Below, one piece after another: positions 9,597 through 18,067 of a stretch of DNA of 32,000 nucleotides; within the stretch, counting starts at the first letter, position 1; each line of letters opens with the position of its first letter. The stretch comes from Saccharolobus solfataricus. Its GTDB lineage: Archaea; Thermoproteota; Thermoprotei_A; Sulfolobales; Sulfolobaceae. The position numbers were made by a program, and so were the translations under genes. The stretch spans positions 480,001 through 512,000 of the forward strand of contig NZ_LT549890.1 of the NCBI RefSeq assembly GCF_900079115.1, read 5' to 3'. Under the pieces are notes generated by a model that saw only the letters and a program-made list of their open reading frames with translations, had not been told where the DNA came from and searched no databases.

Positions 9597-9768
9597 CAGC
9601 CCTTGGGCTTCACCGAAGTCGCGGACGTTCATCCCTCTCCGCCCCATTAGCGGGATAACCCCAACCCACATCCGTGGAATATCACGGATGTGAGGAAATC
9701 CCGCACATCTTGAGGTAGATTGTCTTACCAACCTTTCGGGATACAAACCCACATCTGGGGCAAGACTT
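9597..9768 (-). ncRNA. candidate structured RNA of unknown class (core of repeat copy B)
   Basis: Nested helices: 9667-9676/9683-9692 (10 bp perfect), enclosed by 9650-9656/9698-9704 (7 bp), plus 9722-9729/9759-9766 (8 bp) and 9621-9625/9638-9642 (5 bp). Two positions form G-U pairs only if the minus strand is the RNA. A BRE/TATA-like motif sits about 25-30 nt upstream on the minus strand. No match to any RNA family I can recognise. Confidence 0.3.
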
Positions 9769-9790
9769 GTATAAGAGTTTGTGGCAAAAT

Positions 9791-9806
9791 AATATAAACT
9801 TTACGG
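9791..9806 (-). promoter_or_regulatory. BRE/TATA-like motif CCGTAAAGTTTATATT
   Basis: It resembles strong Sulfolobus promoters (purine-rich BRE followed by TTTATA), such as the SSV1 T6 promoter GTAAAGTTTAAATA as I recall it. The motif is retained in copies A (7042-7057) and C (8071-8088). Confidence 0.3.
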
Positions 9807-10259
9807 TTTATCGGAAACTGTTGGCTACGGCTTGAAATCCACTACTAAACATACCAGACAGTAAGAAATTATGCTGAGAAAAAGACAGTTACAGAAAACC
9901 GCTAGAACGAGTTAAACAAATATCAAATGGAACACTAAAGGAAGAGATGTTTAAAGTTAAAAAGTCACGCCTTTATTAAGGTTTTTAAACTTTGAACGTT
10001 AGTTTCTTTAATCTCCTTTTATCATCAACTCCGTTTTAATTTGGATATTGCTCTTTCAATTTCACAGTATTTCTGTTTTCTACCTAACATATTATAGTTT
10101 TTATTCCTTAGTTGATATTCGAAATGAGAAAATATTATGCTTGTCAAGACTTTTGTAAGTACACGGGTGTATATACCAAAAATTTTTCATTATCGCAGAA
10201 TTTTTGAGGCTTTCTTTCAATTTAACAGTAAATTGACAACTGTTATGCGTTGCGTGAAA

Positions 10260-10502
10260 ATGGCGAAAGATAAGACGCGTTATAAATATGGTGATGTAAT
10301 CATAAGGAAAGAAAAGGCAAGTATTATGTCTATAAATTGGAAACGATAAACGGTGAGGTAAAGGAAACTTATGTCGGTCCTTTAGTTGACGTAGTTGAAA
10401 CGTACGAAAAGTTGAAAGATAGCAGTGGGGGTGTGGGGGTATCCCCCTAACCCCACAACGGACCCGCCGGGACTTGAACCCGGGACCTCCGGCTCCGCAG
10501 GC
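10260..10502 (+). pseudogene. SSV-type integrase N-terminal fragment, int(N), disrupted by two frameshifts and running antisense into the tRNA-Arg 3' half
   Basis: Frame A (10260-10316) gives [19 protein letters not shown]. Frame B (10316-10447) gives [42 protein letters not shown], ending at a stop. Frame A resumes at 10440 with [21 protein letters not shown]. This is colinear with the SSV1 integrase N-terminus as I recall it ([42 protein letters not shown]...DPPGFEPGTSGSGG). Confidence 0.75.
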
Positions 10503-10533
10503 CGGCGCTCCGTCCTGGCTGAGCTACGGGTCC
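10459..10533 (-). tRNA. tRNA-Arg (anticodon GCG), 75 nt, no intron, CCA not encoded
   Basis: Hand-folded cloverleaf: acceptor GGACCCG/CGGGUCC, D stem GCUC/GAGC, anticodon stem CCGGC/GCCGG with loop CUGCGGA, T stem CCGGG/CCCGG with loop UUCAAGU. Confidence 0.93.
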
Positions 10534-10754
10534 TCAAAATACTGTAGTCGTAGTTCTATCTGGTGTTTTTCTTTCTCATGCATATTAATAATGTTTACTA
10601 AGATTCAAGGCATATCTCTTAAGAAATGGCTAGATGAATGAGAGGAGCAGGAGTAGCTTAAGAATCTTAAAACTTAGGTTCTTCATAAATGTCTATTTTT
10701 TCTCCCGCATTAAAACTTATAGCGTATTTCTCAGAAAATAATATATGTTAGAAA

Positions 10755-13403
10755 ATGACTAAGCAACTTACCTTATTTGATATTCCTTCATCTAAACCCG
10801 CTAAGAGTGAACAAAATACTCAACAATCGCAACAGAGTGCTCCCGTTGAGGAAAAAAAGGTAGTTAGGAGGGAATGGCTTGAAGAGGCTCAGGAAAATAA
10901 GATATACTTCCTATTGCAAGTAGATTATGATGGTAAGAAAGGTAAGGCTGTATGTAAGCTATTCGATAAAGAAACTCAAAAGATCTATGCCCTATATGAT
11001 AATACTGGACATAAGCCCTACTTTCTAGTAGATCTTGAACCTGATAAAGTAGGTAAAATACCTAAGATTGTTAGAGATCCATCTTTTGATCACATAGAGA
11101 CTGTGAGTAAGATAGACCCGTATACTTGGAATAAATTCAAATTAACTAAAATCGTTGTTAGAGATCCCCTAGCAGTGAGAAGATTAAGGAATGATGTTCC
11201 AAAAGCGTATGAGGCTCACATAAAATATTTTAACAACTACATGTATGACATAGGTCTAATCCCCGGTATGCCTTATGTTGTTAAGAATGGGAAGTTAGAA
11301 AGTGTCTATTTGTCTTTGGACGAGAAAGATGTTGAGGAGATTAAGAAAGCCTTCGCTGATTCAGATGAAATGACTAGACAAATGGCAGTCGATTGGCTTC
11401 CCATATTTGAAACTGAAATACCTAAAATAAAAAGGGTTGCGATAGATATTGAGGTATATACACCAGTTAAGGGTAGAATCCCAGACTCTCAGAAGGCTGA
11501 GTTTCCAATTATAAGTATAGCATTAGCGGGGAGTGATGGATTAAAGAAGGTTCTTGTATTAAATAGGAATGATGTCAATGAAGGGAGTGTAAAACTTGAT
11601 GGAATATCGGTTGAGAGATTTAATACAGAGTACGAACTGTTAGGGAGATTTTTTGATATACTGTTAGAATATCCGATAGTTCTTACATTCAATGGAGACG
11701 ATTTTGATTTACCTTACATTTACTTTAGGGCGTTAAAGTTAGGTTATTTTCCAGAGGAAATTCCCATAGATGTAGCTGGTAAGGATGAAGCCAAGTATCT
11801 AGCTGGTCTTCATATAGACTTGTACAAATTCTTCTTTAATAAGGCAGTGAGGAATTATGCATTTGAGGGAAAGTATAATGAATACAATTTAGATGCAGTT
11901 GCAAAGGCCTTATTAGGGACATCAAAAGTTAAGGTAGATACGCTAATATCTTTCTTAGATGTAGAAAAATTAATAGAATATAACTTTAGGGATGCCGAAA
12001 TCACACTTCAGCTTACTACATTTAATAACGACCTAACTATGAAGTTAATTGTATTGTTTTCTAGAATTTCTAGACTAGGAATTGAGGAATTAACTCGGAC
12101 AGAAATATCTACTTGGGTAAAGAATTTATATTATTGGGAACATAGAAAAAGAAATTGGTTAATTCCTCTTAAGGAAGAAATCTTAGCGAAATCCTCTAAT
12201 ATAAGAACTTCTGCTCTAATAAAGGGAAAAGGATATAAAGGCGCAGTAGTTATAGACCCACCTGCTGGAATATTCTTTAACATAACTGTTTTAGATTTTG
12301 CATCACTATATCCTTCAATAATTAGAACGTGGAATCTTAGTTACGAGACTGTAGACATTCAACAATGTAAGAAGCCCTATGAAGTAAAGGATGAGACAGG
12401 GGAGGTGCTACATATAGTTTGCATGGATAGGCCAGGTATAACAGCAGTAATAACTGGGTTACTAAGAGACTTCAGAGTAAAGATATACAAAAAGAAAGCG
12501 AAGAACCCTAATAATAGTGAGGAACAAAAACTACTCTATGACGTAGTACAGAGAGCAATGAAAGTATTCATAAATGCTACTTACGGTGTATTTGGAGCTG
12601 AAACATTTCCGTTATATGCGCCAGCTGTAGCGGAGAGTGTTACTGCACTGGGGAGATACGTTATTACCAGTACCGTAAAGAAAGCTAGGGAAGAAGGTTT
12701 AACTGTATTATACGGTGATACTGATTCTTTATTCCTCCTTAATCCTCCCAAGAATAGTTTAGAAAATATTATAAAATGGGTTAAAACTACTTTCAATTTA
12801 GATTTGGAAGTTGATAAAACCTACAAGTTTGTGGCTTTTTCTGGATTGAAGAAGAATTACTTTGGAGTATACCAAGACGGGAAGGTTGATATAAAGGGGA
12901 TGTTAGTGAAGAAGAGAAACACGCCGGAATTTGTAAAGAAGGTATTTAACGAGGTAAAGGAGCTAATGATCTCCATAAACTCGCCAAACGATGTGAAGGA
13001 GATTAAAAGAAAAATTGTAGACGTAGTTAAAGGATCATATGAAAAACTAAAAAACAAAGGATACAATCTGGACGAATTAGCGTTTAAAGTAATGCTATCG
13101 AAGCCTTTAGATGCGTACAAAAAGAACACTCCCCAACACGTAAAGGCAGCTCTACAACTTAGACCATTTGGAGTTAACGTATTACCACGAGATATAATAT
13201 ACTATGTTAAGGTTAGATCTAAAGATGGAGTGAAACCAGTACAACTAGCTAAAGTTACTGAAATAGACGCAGAGAAATATTTAGAAGCGTTAAGAAGTAC
13301 GTTTGAGCAAATCTTAAGGGCATTCGGAGTCTCTTGGGATGAGATAGCAGCCACAATGTCGATAGATTCGTTCTTTTCATACCCAAGTAAAGGAAATAGT
13401 TAA
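10755..13403 (+). CDS. dpo1: family B DNA polymerase B1
   Basis: 882-aa ORF with exonuclease motif I (AIDIEVYT), polymerase motif A ([10 protein letters not shown]), motif B ([12 protein letters not shown]) and motif C (YGDTDS). The length leaves no room for an intein. Confidence 0.95.
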   Translation: MTKQLTLFDIPSSKPAKSEQNTQQSQQSAPVEEKKVVRREWLEEAQENKIYFLLQVDYDGKKGKAVCKLFDKETQKIYALYDNTGHKPYFLVDLEPDKVGKIPKIVRDPSFDHIETVSKIDPYTWNKFKLTKIVVRDPLAVRRLRNDVPKAYEAHIKYFNNYMYDIGLIPGMPYVVKNGKLESVYLSLDEKDVEEIKKAFADSDEMTRQMAVDWLPIFETEIPKIKRVAIDIEVYTPVKGRIPDSQKAEFPIISIALAGSDGLKKVLVLNRNDVNEGSVKLDGISVERFNTEYELLGRFFDILLEYPIVLTFNGDDFDLPYIYFRALKLGYFPEEIPIDVAGKDEAKYLAGLHIDLYKFFFNKAVRNYAFEGKYNEYNLDAVAKALLGTSKVKVDTLISFLDVEKLIEYNFRDAEITLQLTTFNNDLTMKLIVLFSRISRLGIEELTRTEISTWVKNLYYWEHRKRNWLIPLKEEILAKSSNIRTSALIKGKGYKGAVVIDPPAGIFFNITVLDFASLYPSIIRTWNLSYETVDIQQCKKPYEVKDETGEVLHIVCMDRPGITAVITGLLRDFRVKIYKKKAKNPNNSEEQKLLYDVVQRAMKVFINATYGVFGAETFPLYAPAVAESVTALGRYVITSTVKKAREEGLTVLYGDTDSLFLLNPPKNSLENIIKWVKTTFNLDLEVDKTYKFVAFSGLKKNYFGVYQDGKVDIKGMLVKKRNTPEFVKKVFNEVKELMISINSPNDVKEIKRKIVDVVKGSYEKLKNKGYNLDELAFKVMLSKPLDAYKKNTPQHVKAALQLRPFGVNVLPRDIIYYVKVRSKDGVKPVQLAKVTEIDAEKYLEALRSTFEQILRAFGVSWDEIAATMSIDSFFSYPSKGNS

Positions 13404-13433
13404 TTAAGAAAGATAGCAATTCTTCATAATAAA

Positions 13434-13476
13434 TTTTTAGAAGCAATTTTTACCCACATAAGTTATAAAGATTTTT
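13434..13476 (+). terminator. cluster of oligo-T tracts downstream of dpo1
   Basis: Three T5 runs (13434-13438, 13447-13451, 13472-13476) lie within 75 nt of the dpo1 stop. Oligo-T is the known archaeal intrinsic termination signal. Confidence 0.35.
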
Positions 13477-13498
13477 AGAAAATTTAAATCGTATATTT

Positions 13499-13939
13499 TT
13501 ATTCTTCCTCCTCTTCCTCTAATTCTTCCTTTAATTCTTCTTGTTTCTGTTCGCTAGTCATTTGAGCCGCGTCATTTAACACATCTTTCTTTATTTCATC
13601 ATTGATATAAAATGAAACAACATAAATCTTCTTATCTTGAAAGTCACTTTCTTTCCATTCATTCTCATAGCTTATTATATATACAGGGATTTTAGCTATA
13701 GCCTCTTTCTTATCCTTACCAATAAGAAAAGTCTTTATTGCTTCGTAAACCTCTGGTTTTAGCGGAAGAGGCAATCTCACTTCTTGGTTATCGCGCATAA
13801 TTATAAAATCTGAAGCTAATTCATTCCATTCCTCTAACGCTTCTTTTGCAACATCTCTTAGCACTTTGCTAATTTCGCCTTCAGCTACCTTCTCCGATGT
13901 CACCTTTCCATTCTCACTTTTTACTATCAAAATTTTCAT
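13499..13939 (-). CDS. hypothetical protein with a poly-acidic C-terminal tail
   Basis: 146-aa ORF ending QKQEELKEELEEEEEE. Its start overlaps the stop of the upstream methyltransferase gene by 4 nt. Confidence 0.55.
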   Translation of the reverse strand: MKILIVKSENGKVTSEKVAEGEISKVLRDVAKEALEEWNELASDFIIMRDNQEVRLPLPLKPEVYEAIKTFLIGKDKKEAIAKIPVYIISYENEWKESDFQDKKIYVVSFYINDEIKKDVLNDAAQMTSEQKQEELKEELEEEEEE

Positions 13940-14421
13940 TTATGTTCACCAATTACGTAGAGATATACTGTATGATTCATATTTCCGTCCTCAACCTTTA
14001 CTACTTCCTTTGGATTCCAACCCCTTATTTCAAATTCGTGGGAAACCACTCTCGTTCCAGGTTTAAGTTCCTTTTCAAGTTTTGGTTTTAACATCTCATT
14101 AACATTTGTTAAAAGGAACATCGTAACTACAGTAGCCTCGGAAATATCAACCTCAAAGAAATTACCTTTTACTATTGAAGCTCTTCCCGTTACCCCATTT
14201 TTCTCGATATTAGCTAATGCTTCTCTTATTCTTTCATCATTGATCTCTACACCTATGGCCTTCTTTACGTTAAAATCCTTCACTGCAGTTATTATTATCC
14301 TTCCATCTCCACATCCTAAGTCATACACTATATCATCTTGAGAGGCTTTAGCTATTTCTAACATTCTTCTTACAACTTTTTCTGGTGTTGGTACATAAGG
14401 AACATGTGGTACGTAACTCAA
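13936..14421 (-). CDS. small class I SAM-dependent methyltransferase, resembles the crenarchaeal protein-lysine methyltransferase aKMT
   Basis: 161-aa ORF with the N-terminal YVPTP motif and SAM motif I VYDLGCGDGRII. The aKMT assignment rests on recalled size and motifs only. Confidence 0.65.
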   Translation of the reverse strand: MSYVPHVPYVPTPEKVVRRMLEIAKASQDDIVYDLGCGDGRIIITAVKDFNVKKAIGVEINDERIREALANIEKNGVTGRASIVKGNFFEVDISEATVVTMFLLTNVNEMLKPKLEKELKPGTRVVSHEFEIRGWNPKEVVKVEDGNMNHTVYLYVIGEHK

Positions 14422-14448
14422 AACTTCTCACTTCAAAATAATCCTATC

Positions 14449-14760
14449 TTATCCTAGGTTTTTAATTTTTTTAATAGCCTCTTCTTTTCCAGCTTTCTTA
14501 TCTGGCTTTAGGCTAGCGTCGAATGGCATCTTAGTTAATACAGGAATTATTTTCCCATCATCTGTTTGGGCTAATAACTGAGGAAGAAATGGCATATCAA
14601 ACTCATCCTTTTCACCGTAGTCAGCTAGAAATGCGTAATCCTCTATTTTGACTTCCTTTTCTAGATTTAGTTCCTTTGAAAGCTCCTCTAAAGTTTCCAT
14701 AAATACTTTGTGTAAGGGATGTGACTCCGAGGTTACCAGAATCAATTTTTTAGCTGTCAT
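14449..14760 (-). CDS. hypothetical protein
   Basis: 103-aa ORF, first gene of the minus-strand three-gene cluster. No motif recognised. Confidence 0.5.
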   Translation of the reverse strand: MTAKKLILVTSESHPLHKVFMETLEELSKELNLEKEVKIEDYAFLADYGEKDEFDMPFLPQLLAQTDDGKIIPVLTKMPFDASLKPDKKAGKEEAIKKIKNLG

Positions 14761-14794
14761 CCCGTATCACTAGTTAAAAGGGTTTAAAATAGTA

Positions 14795-15382
14795 GTGGTT
14801 TCCATGTTAACTAGAATAAGAAGGCAAATCAAAAGAGTAATAGAACCACTAGCAAAAACATTAGCCCAGCTTAAAGTAAGTGCAAATTTTATTACTATGC
14901 TAGGATTAATTTTCGCAATCGTATATTACTTTGAAATCATGAGATCAAATACCACTCTAGGAATAATTTTTTTGGTATTTTCAGCATTAATGGATGCAAT
15001 AGATGGAGAAGTAGCAAGAGTATCGAAAACAGTATCTCCCTTAGGAAGTTTCTTAGATTCCACATTAGACAGGATAGAAGATATTCTCTACATTTCAGCC
15101 TTCATATTCTTGGGATTCTCCTCGTATCTCGTGGCGATAGCCGTGGGATTATCACTGACAATTTCATATATTAGAGCCAAGGCTGAATCCCTCGGACTCA
15201 AGATGGAAGGTAGGGGAATAATAGAAAGAGGAGAAAGAATAATATTTGTATTTGTAATTTTATTACTTTATATAATAGTTAGCAAACAAGTTTCCTTGTA
15301 TCTATTTTACCTATTTATGTTACTCACAGCGATCACGGTAATCCAGAGGTTTTACGCTGTCTATTCGTTACTTAGGAAGTAG
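14795..15382 (+). CDS. CDP-alcohol phosphatidyltransferase family protein (archaeal lipid head-group synthase)
   Basis: [30 protein letters not shown] fits D-x2-DG-x2-AR-x8-G-x3-D-x3-D, and the protein has several hydrophobic helices. The track start is GTG, and an ATG at 14804 is an alternative. Confidence 0.8.
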
Positions 15383-16284
15383 AGCTGTAAGGGATTTTTA
15401 ACGTTGCAACTGCTCACACATAAACCTAGTTGCTTCATCTTAGCACAAGAATAAACGATATACCTCGTCCCCTTATCTCCCCTATATTTCCTATATAAGT
15501 CCTCGACGTTTGAAACGTTATATTTTTTCATAATAGATACTATACCACTTAGTCCCTTACCTATGTCAATGTAAAACGTAATTAAAGTCCTTATTTCTTC
15601 TTCGTTTAATTTTTCCTTAGCTAAAATATTTTCTATGCATGGAGGAATTATTCCTCTCCTTTCTATCAAGCTCTTCAATTTTTCTGGTATTTCTTTAAGA
15701 TTCAGTGGTCTTATCATTTCGACTATCTTACTCTTAATACTTTCAGCTATTAGGCCAATTAGTTGATTCTTGTCCAGATATACGTATCCCTTATGTAAGA
15801 TCTGCCCACTTAGTTTCCAATCTTCCTTAAGGTCTTTTGTATATTTGAGATAATCGATAAAATGAACACAAAATTCTTTTTGTATTATCCTTCTCTTTTT
15901 CTCTAAATAGAATTTTATAGGATCACATCTATTTATCTTCAGATCTAATAACTTAGAGATTTCAAGTAAATTCTCCTCATTCTCGGTGTGAAGTAGGGAT
16001 CTGAATTGTTTAGCCTCTGCATATGCGTATCTTCTAATAAGCTTCACATCATTTAATATGGCTAGAGAAAGTAGCGTAGTGTAAAACACGAGTACGGGTT
16101 CATTATAAGAGACGTAATGTGGAAGTTCGTCACCAGATTTAGTCTTTTGTATCCTATCTTTAGCTTGATCAATGAGGGTAGTGCTATTTAATAGTAAATC
16201 TGTTAATGTAATTCCTCCTCCATATTTCTTTAGTTCATCATCAAGACTCTTTATAAAAGGATACTTTTTAACGTCTAATGCCAT
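15361..16284 (-). CDS. priL: DNA primase large subunit
   Basis: 307-aa ORF. The N-terminus [24 protein letters not shown] and the length match S. solfataricus PriL as I recall it. The C-terminal part is Cys-rich ([16 protein letters not shown]). Confidence 0.75.
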
Positions 16285-16345
16285 GTCCTTACTTAAAGTA
16301 TGTTTAGTTATGTTTAATAAAGACTTGCTCTAAACACAAAATATA

Positions 16346-18067
16346 ATGAAAGTGCTAGTTACAGCCGCCTGGCCATATGTAAATTCGGTACCACATTTAG
16401 GAAACTTAATAGGTTCAATATTATCAGCAGATGTCTTCGCTAGATATGCAAGGCTAAGATATGGTAAAGAAAACGTATTATTTGTAAGTGGAAGTGACGA
16501 GCACGGAACTCCAATAGAGATAGAGGCTATAAAGAGAAAGGTGAATCCCAAGGAGCTTACTGATCAAGCTCATGAATACGATAGGCACCTCTTCCTCAAT
16601 GTTTGGAAAATAAGTTTTGATAACTACACTAGAACTGAAAGTGAGATACATAAGAAGTTCGTAAGAGAATTTTTACTGAAACTTACTAAATATATTAAAG
16701 TGTCTGAAGACGAGATACCATATTGTGAGAATGATAAACTATATCTACCAGACAGGTTTGTTAAAGGGACATGCCCATATTGTGGCTTTGAAGACGCTAG
16801 AGGTGATCAATGTGACAATTGTGGGAAATTACTAACCCCAAGTTTACTTGTAAATCCGAAATGTAGTATCTGCGGAAAGACACCTGTATTTAAGAAAACC
16901 AAACACTGGTTTTTTGATTTATCAGAGTTTAATGATAAGATAAGAGGTTGGATTAGCAGCTCTAATGAAATGCCAGATAATGTTAAGTCTGTCGCATTGA
17001 GCTGGGTTGGGGAGGGGCTGAAACCTAGAAGTATCACAAGGGATAATAAATGGGGTATCCCAGCACCATTTGAAGGAGCTCAAGATAAATCAATATATGT
17101 GTGGTTTGAGGCTCTTTTAGGTTATATATCAGCTGTAATTGAATATTTTGAAAGGAAAGGTGACCAAGAGAAGTGGAAAGAATATTGGTTTGGTCCTAAC
17201 ATAAAAAGCTATTATTTCATAGGAAAAGATAACATCCCATTTCATGCAGTAATTCTTCCAGCTATGCTCATGGCTTCAGAAGAGGAATATCACTTGCCAG
17301 ATGTAATAGCGGCTACGGAATATTTACTATATGAAGGACAAAAGTTCAGCAAAAGTAGAAAGATAGGAGTATGGATTGATGAAGCACCAGAGCTAATGGA
17401 TGTAGAATACTGGAGATTTGTGCTAATTAGATTAAGACCAGAAGAGAAAGATACTAACTTTACTTGGAGGGAAACTGTCAGAATAGTGAATACTGAACTT
17501 AATGACGATATTGGTAATTATGTAAATAGGGTACTTAGTATGGTGAATAGGTACTATAGCGGGATTGTACCAGAGTTTAAGATTGATATTCTCGATGATA
17601 ACGATAGGAAAATTATCAGTCTAATAAATGAGACGCCGAAAGTTGTTGGAGATCTATTCGAGAAAGGTAAATTAAAGGCCGGAACGGAGGAAATGCTGAA
17701 ATTCGTTAGGGAATGTAACGCATATTTAAATATGAAGGCTCCTTGGGACCTATACAAGAGTGGAAAAGAGATTGAATTAAAGAATACACTTTACATTGGA
17801 ACCAATTCGGTAAAAACGATAGCGATTTTATTATATCCGCTAATGCCCTCACATGCTCAGAAAATATATGAAATGTTGAATATGGGGAATATAGAAAATG
17901 AGAAATGGGATGTTGCCTCAACGCTATCAGTTAACCCTGGTCATAAGATAGGGAAAGTTAATGTACTTTTCAAGAAACTTGAACCAGAATTTGAGTCTAA
18001 GATAAAGGATAAACTGGAAAAAATAAGGAAAGATATAGAAAAAATAAGACCTACCTTACTCAAGTGA
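16346..18067 (+). CDS. metG: methionyl-tRNA synthetase (catalytic core)
   Basis: 573-aa ORF with the class I motifs HLGN (PHLGNLIG) and KFSKS, and zinc knuckles CPYCG...CDNCG and CSICG. Confidence 0.93.
   Translation: MKVLVTAAWPYVNSVPHLGNLIGSILSADVFARYARLRYGKENVLFVSGSDEHGTPIEIEAIKRKVNPKELTDQAHEYDRHLFLNVWKISFDNYTRTESEIHKKFVREFLLKLTKYIKVSEDEIPYCENDKLYLPDRFVKGTCPYCGFEDARGDQCDNCGKLLTPSLLVNPKCSICGKTPVFKKTKHWFFDLSEFNDKIRGWISSSNEMPDNVKSVALSWVGEGLKPRSITRDNKWGIPAPFEGAQDKSIYVWFEALLGYISAVIEYFERKGDQEKWKEYWFGPNIKSYYFIGKDNIPFHAVILPAMLMASEEEYHLPDVIAATEYLLYEGQKFSKSRKIGVWIDEAPELMDVEYWRFVLIRLRPEEKDTNFTWRETVRIVNTELNDDIGNYVNRVLSMVNRYYSGIVPEFKIDILDDNDRKIISLINETPKVVGDLFEKGKLKAGTEEMLKFVRECNAYLNMKAPWDLYKSGKEIELKNTLYIGTNSVKTIAILLYPLMPSHAQKIYEMLNMGNIENEKWDVASTLSVNPGHKIGKVNVLFKKLEPEFESKIKDKLEKIRKDIEKIRPTLLK

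Larger units (their letters stand above)
9551..9850 (-). repeat. local repeat family, copy B (best preserved, GC-rich core)
   Basis: Reference copy for the alignments listed under copies A, C and D. The core 9601-9760 has 87/160 G+C by hand count, and its flanks are visibly more AT-rich. Confidence 0.75.

Noticed and set aside
9597-9640. A C/D-box sRNA reading on the minus strand (GGAUGAA as the C box, CUGA as the D box).
   Set aside because: The box spacing does not allow two guides of about 12 nt. The C' and D' boxes are not recognisable and there is no terminal kink-turn stem.
9690-9706. The plus-strand GTGAGGAAATCCCGCAC, preceded by a hairpin, resembles the RNase P RNA P3 hairpin plus the CR-I motif (GAGGAAAGUCCG). 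ACAGAAAACCGCT at 9891-9903 resembles CR-V.
   Set aside because: The two motifs are not complementary, so no P4 helix can form. ATCCCGC instead pairs with GCGGGAT upstream (9650-9656). The sequence between them is AT-rich and lacks the specificity-domain motifs.
9564-9752. 62-aa minus-strand ORF inside the GC-rich core of repeat copy B.
   Set aside because: The frame is not preserved in the paralogous copies. Copy A hits a stop a few codons into the aligned GATGAAC block, and copy C has no ORF. Conservation is at the nucleotide and helix level, so the ORF is most likely a by-product of GC richness.
9569-9841. MITE interpretation of copy B based on the short terminal inverted repeat GGATTTCATG / CTTGAAATCC (273-bp unit).
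   Set aside because: Not adopted as the primary call. The repeat is only 9 of 10 nt, is absent from the right end of copy A, and I see no flanking target duplication. It remains the main alternative and needs a genome-wide copy search.
10053-10230. Direct repeat CTTTCAATTT(C/A)ACAGTA at 10053-10069 and 10214-10230, upstream of int(N).
   Set aside because: A 16/17 match in AT-rich sequence is roughly what chance gives across a 32-kb window. No third copy or dyad symmetry supports a binding site.
10137-10349. 70-aa plus-strand ORF from the track, taken as an intact gene.
   Set aside because: It is a chimera. The last 30 residues begin with the int(N) start ([12 protein letters not shown]...) and then leave the integrase frame after about 19 codons. 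The upstream 40 codons are unremarkable AT-rich read-through.
10755-13403. Possible inteins or mobile introns in dpo1. The same check was made for atpA at 21131-22909.
   Set aside because: The catalytic motifs are contiguous, and the lengths (882 and 592 aa) match intein-free proteins.
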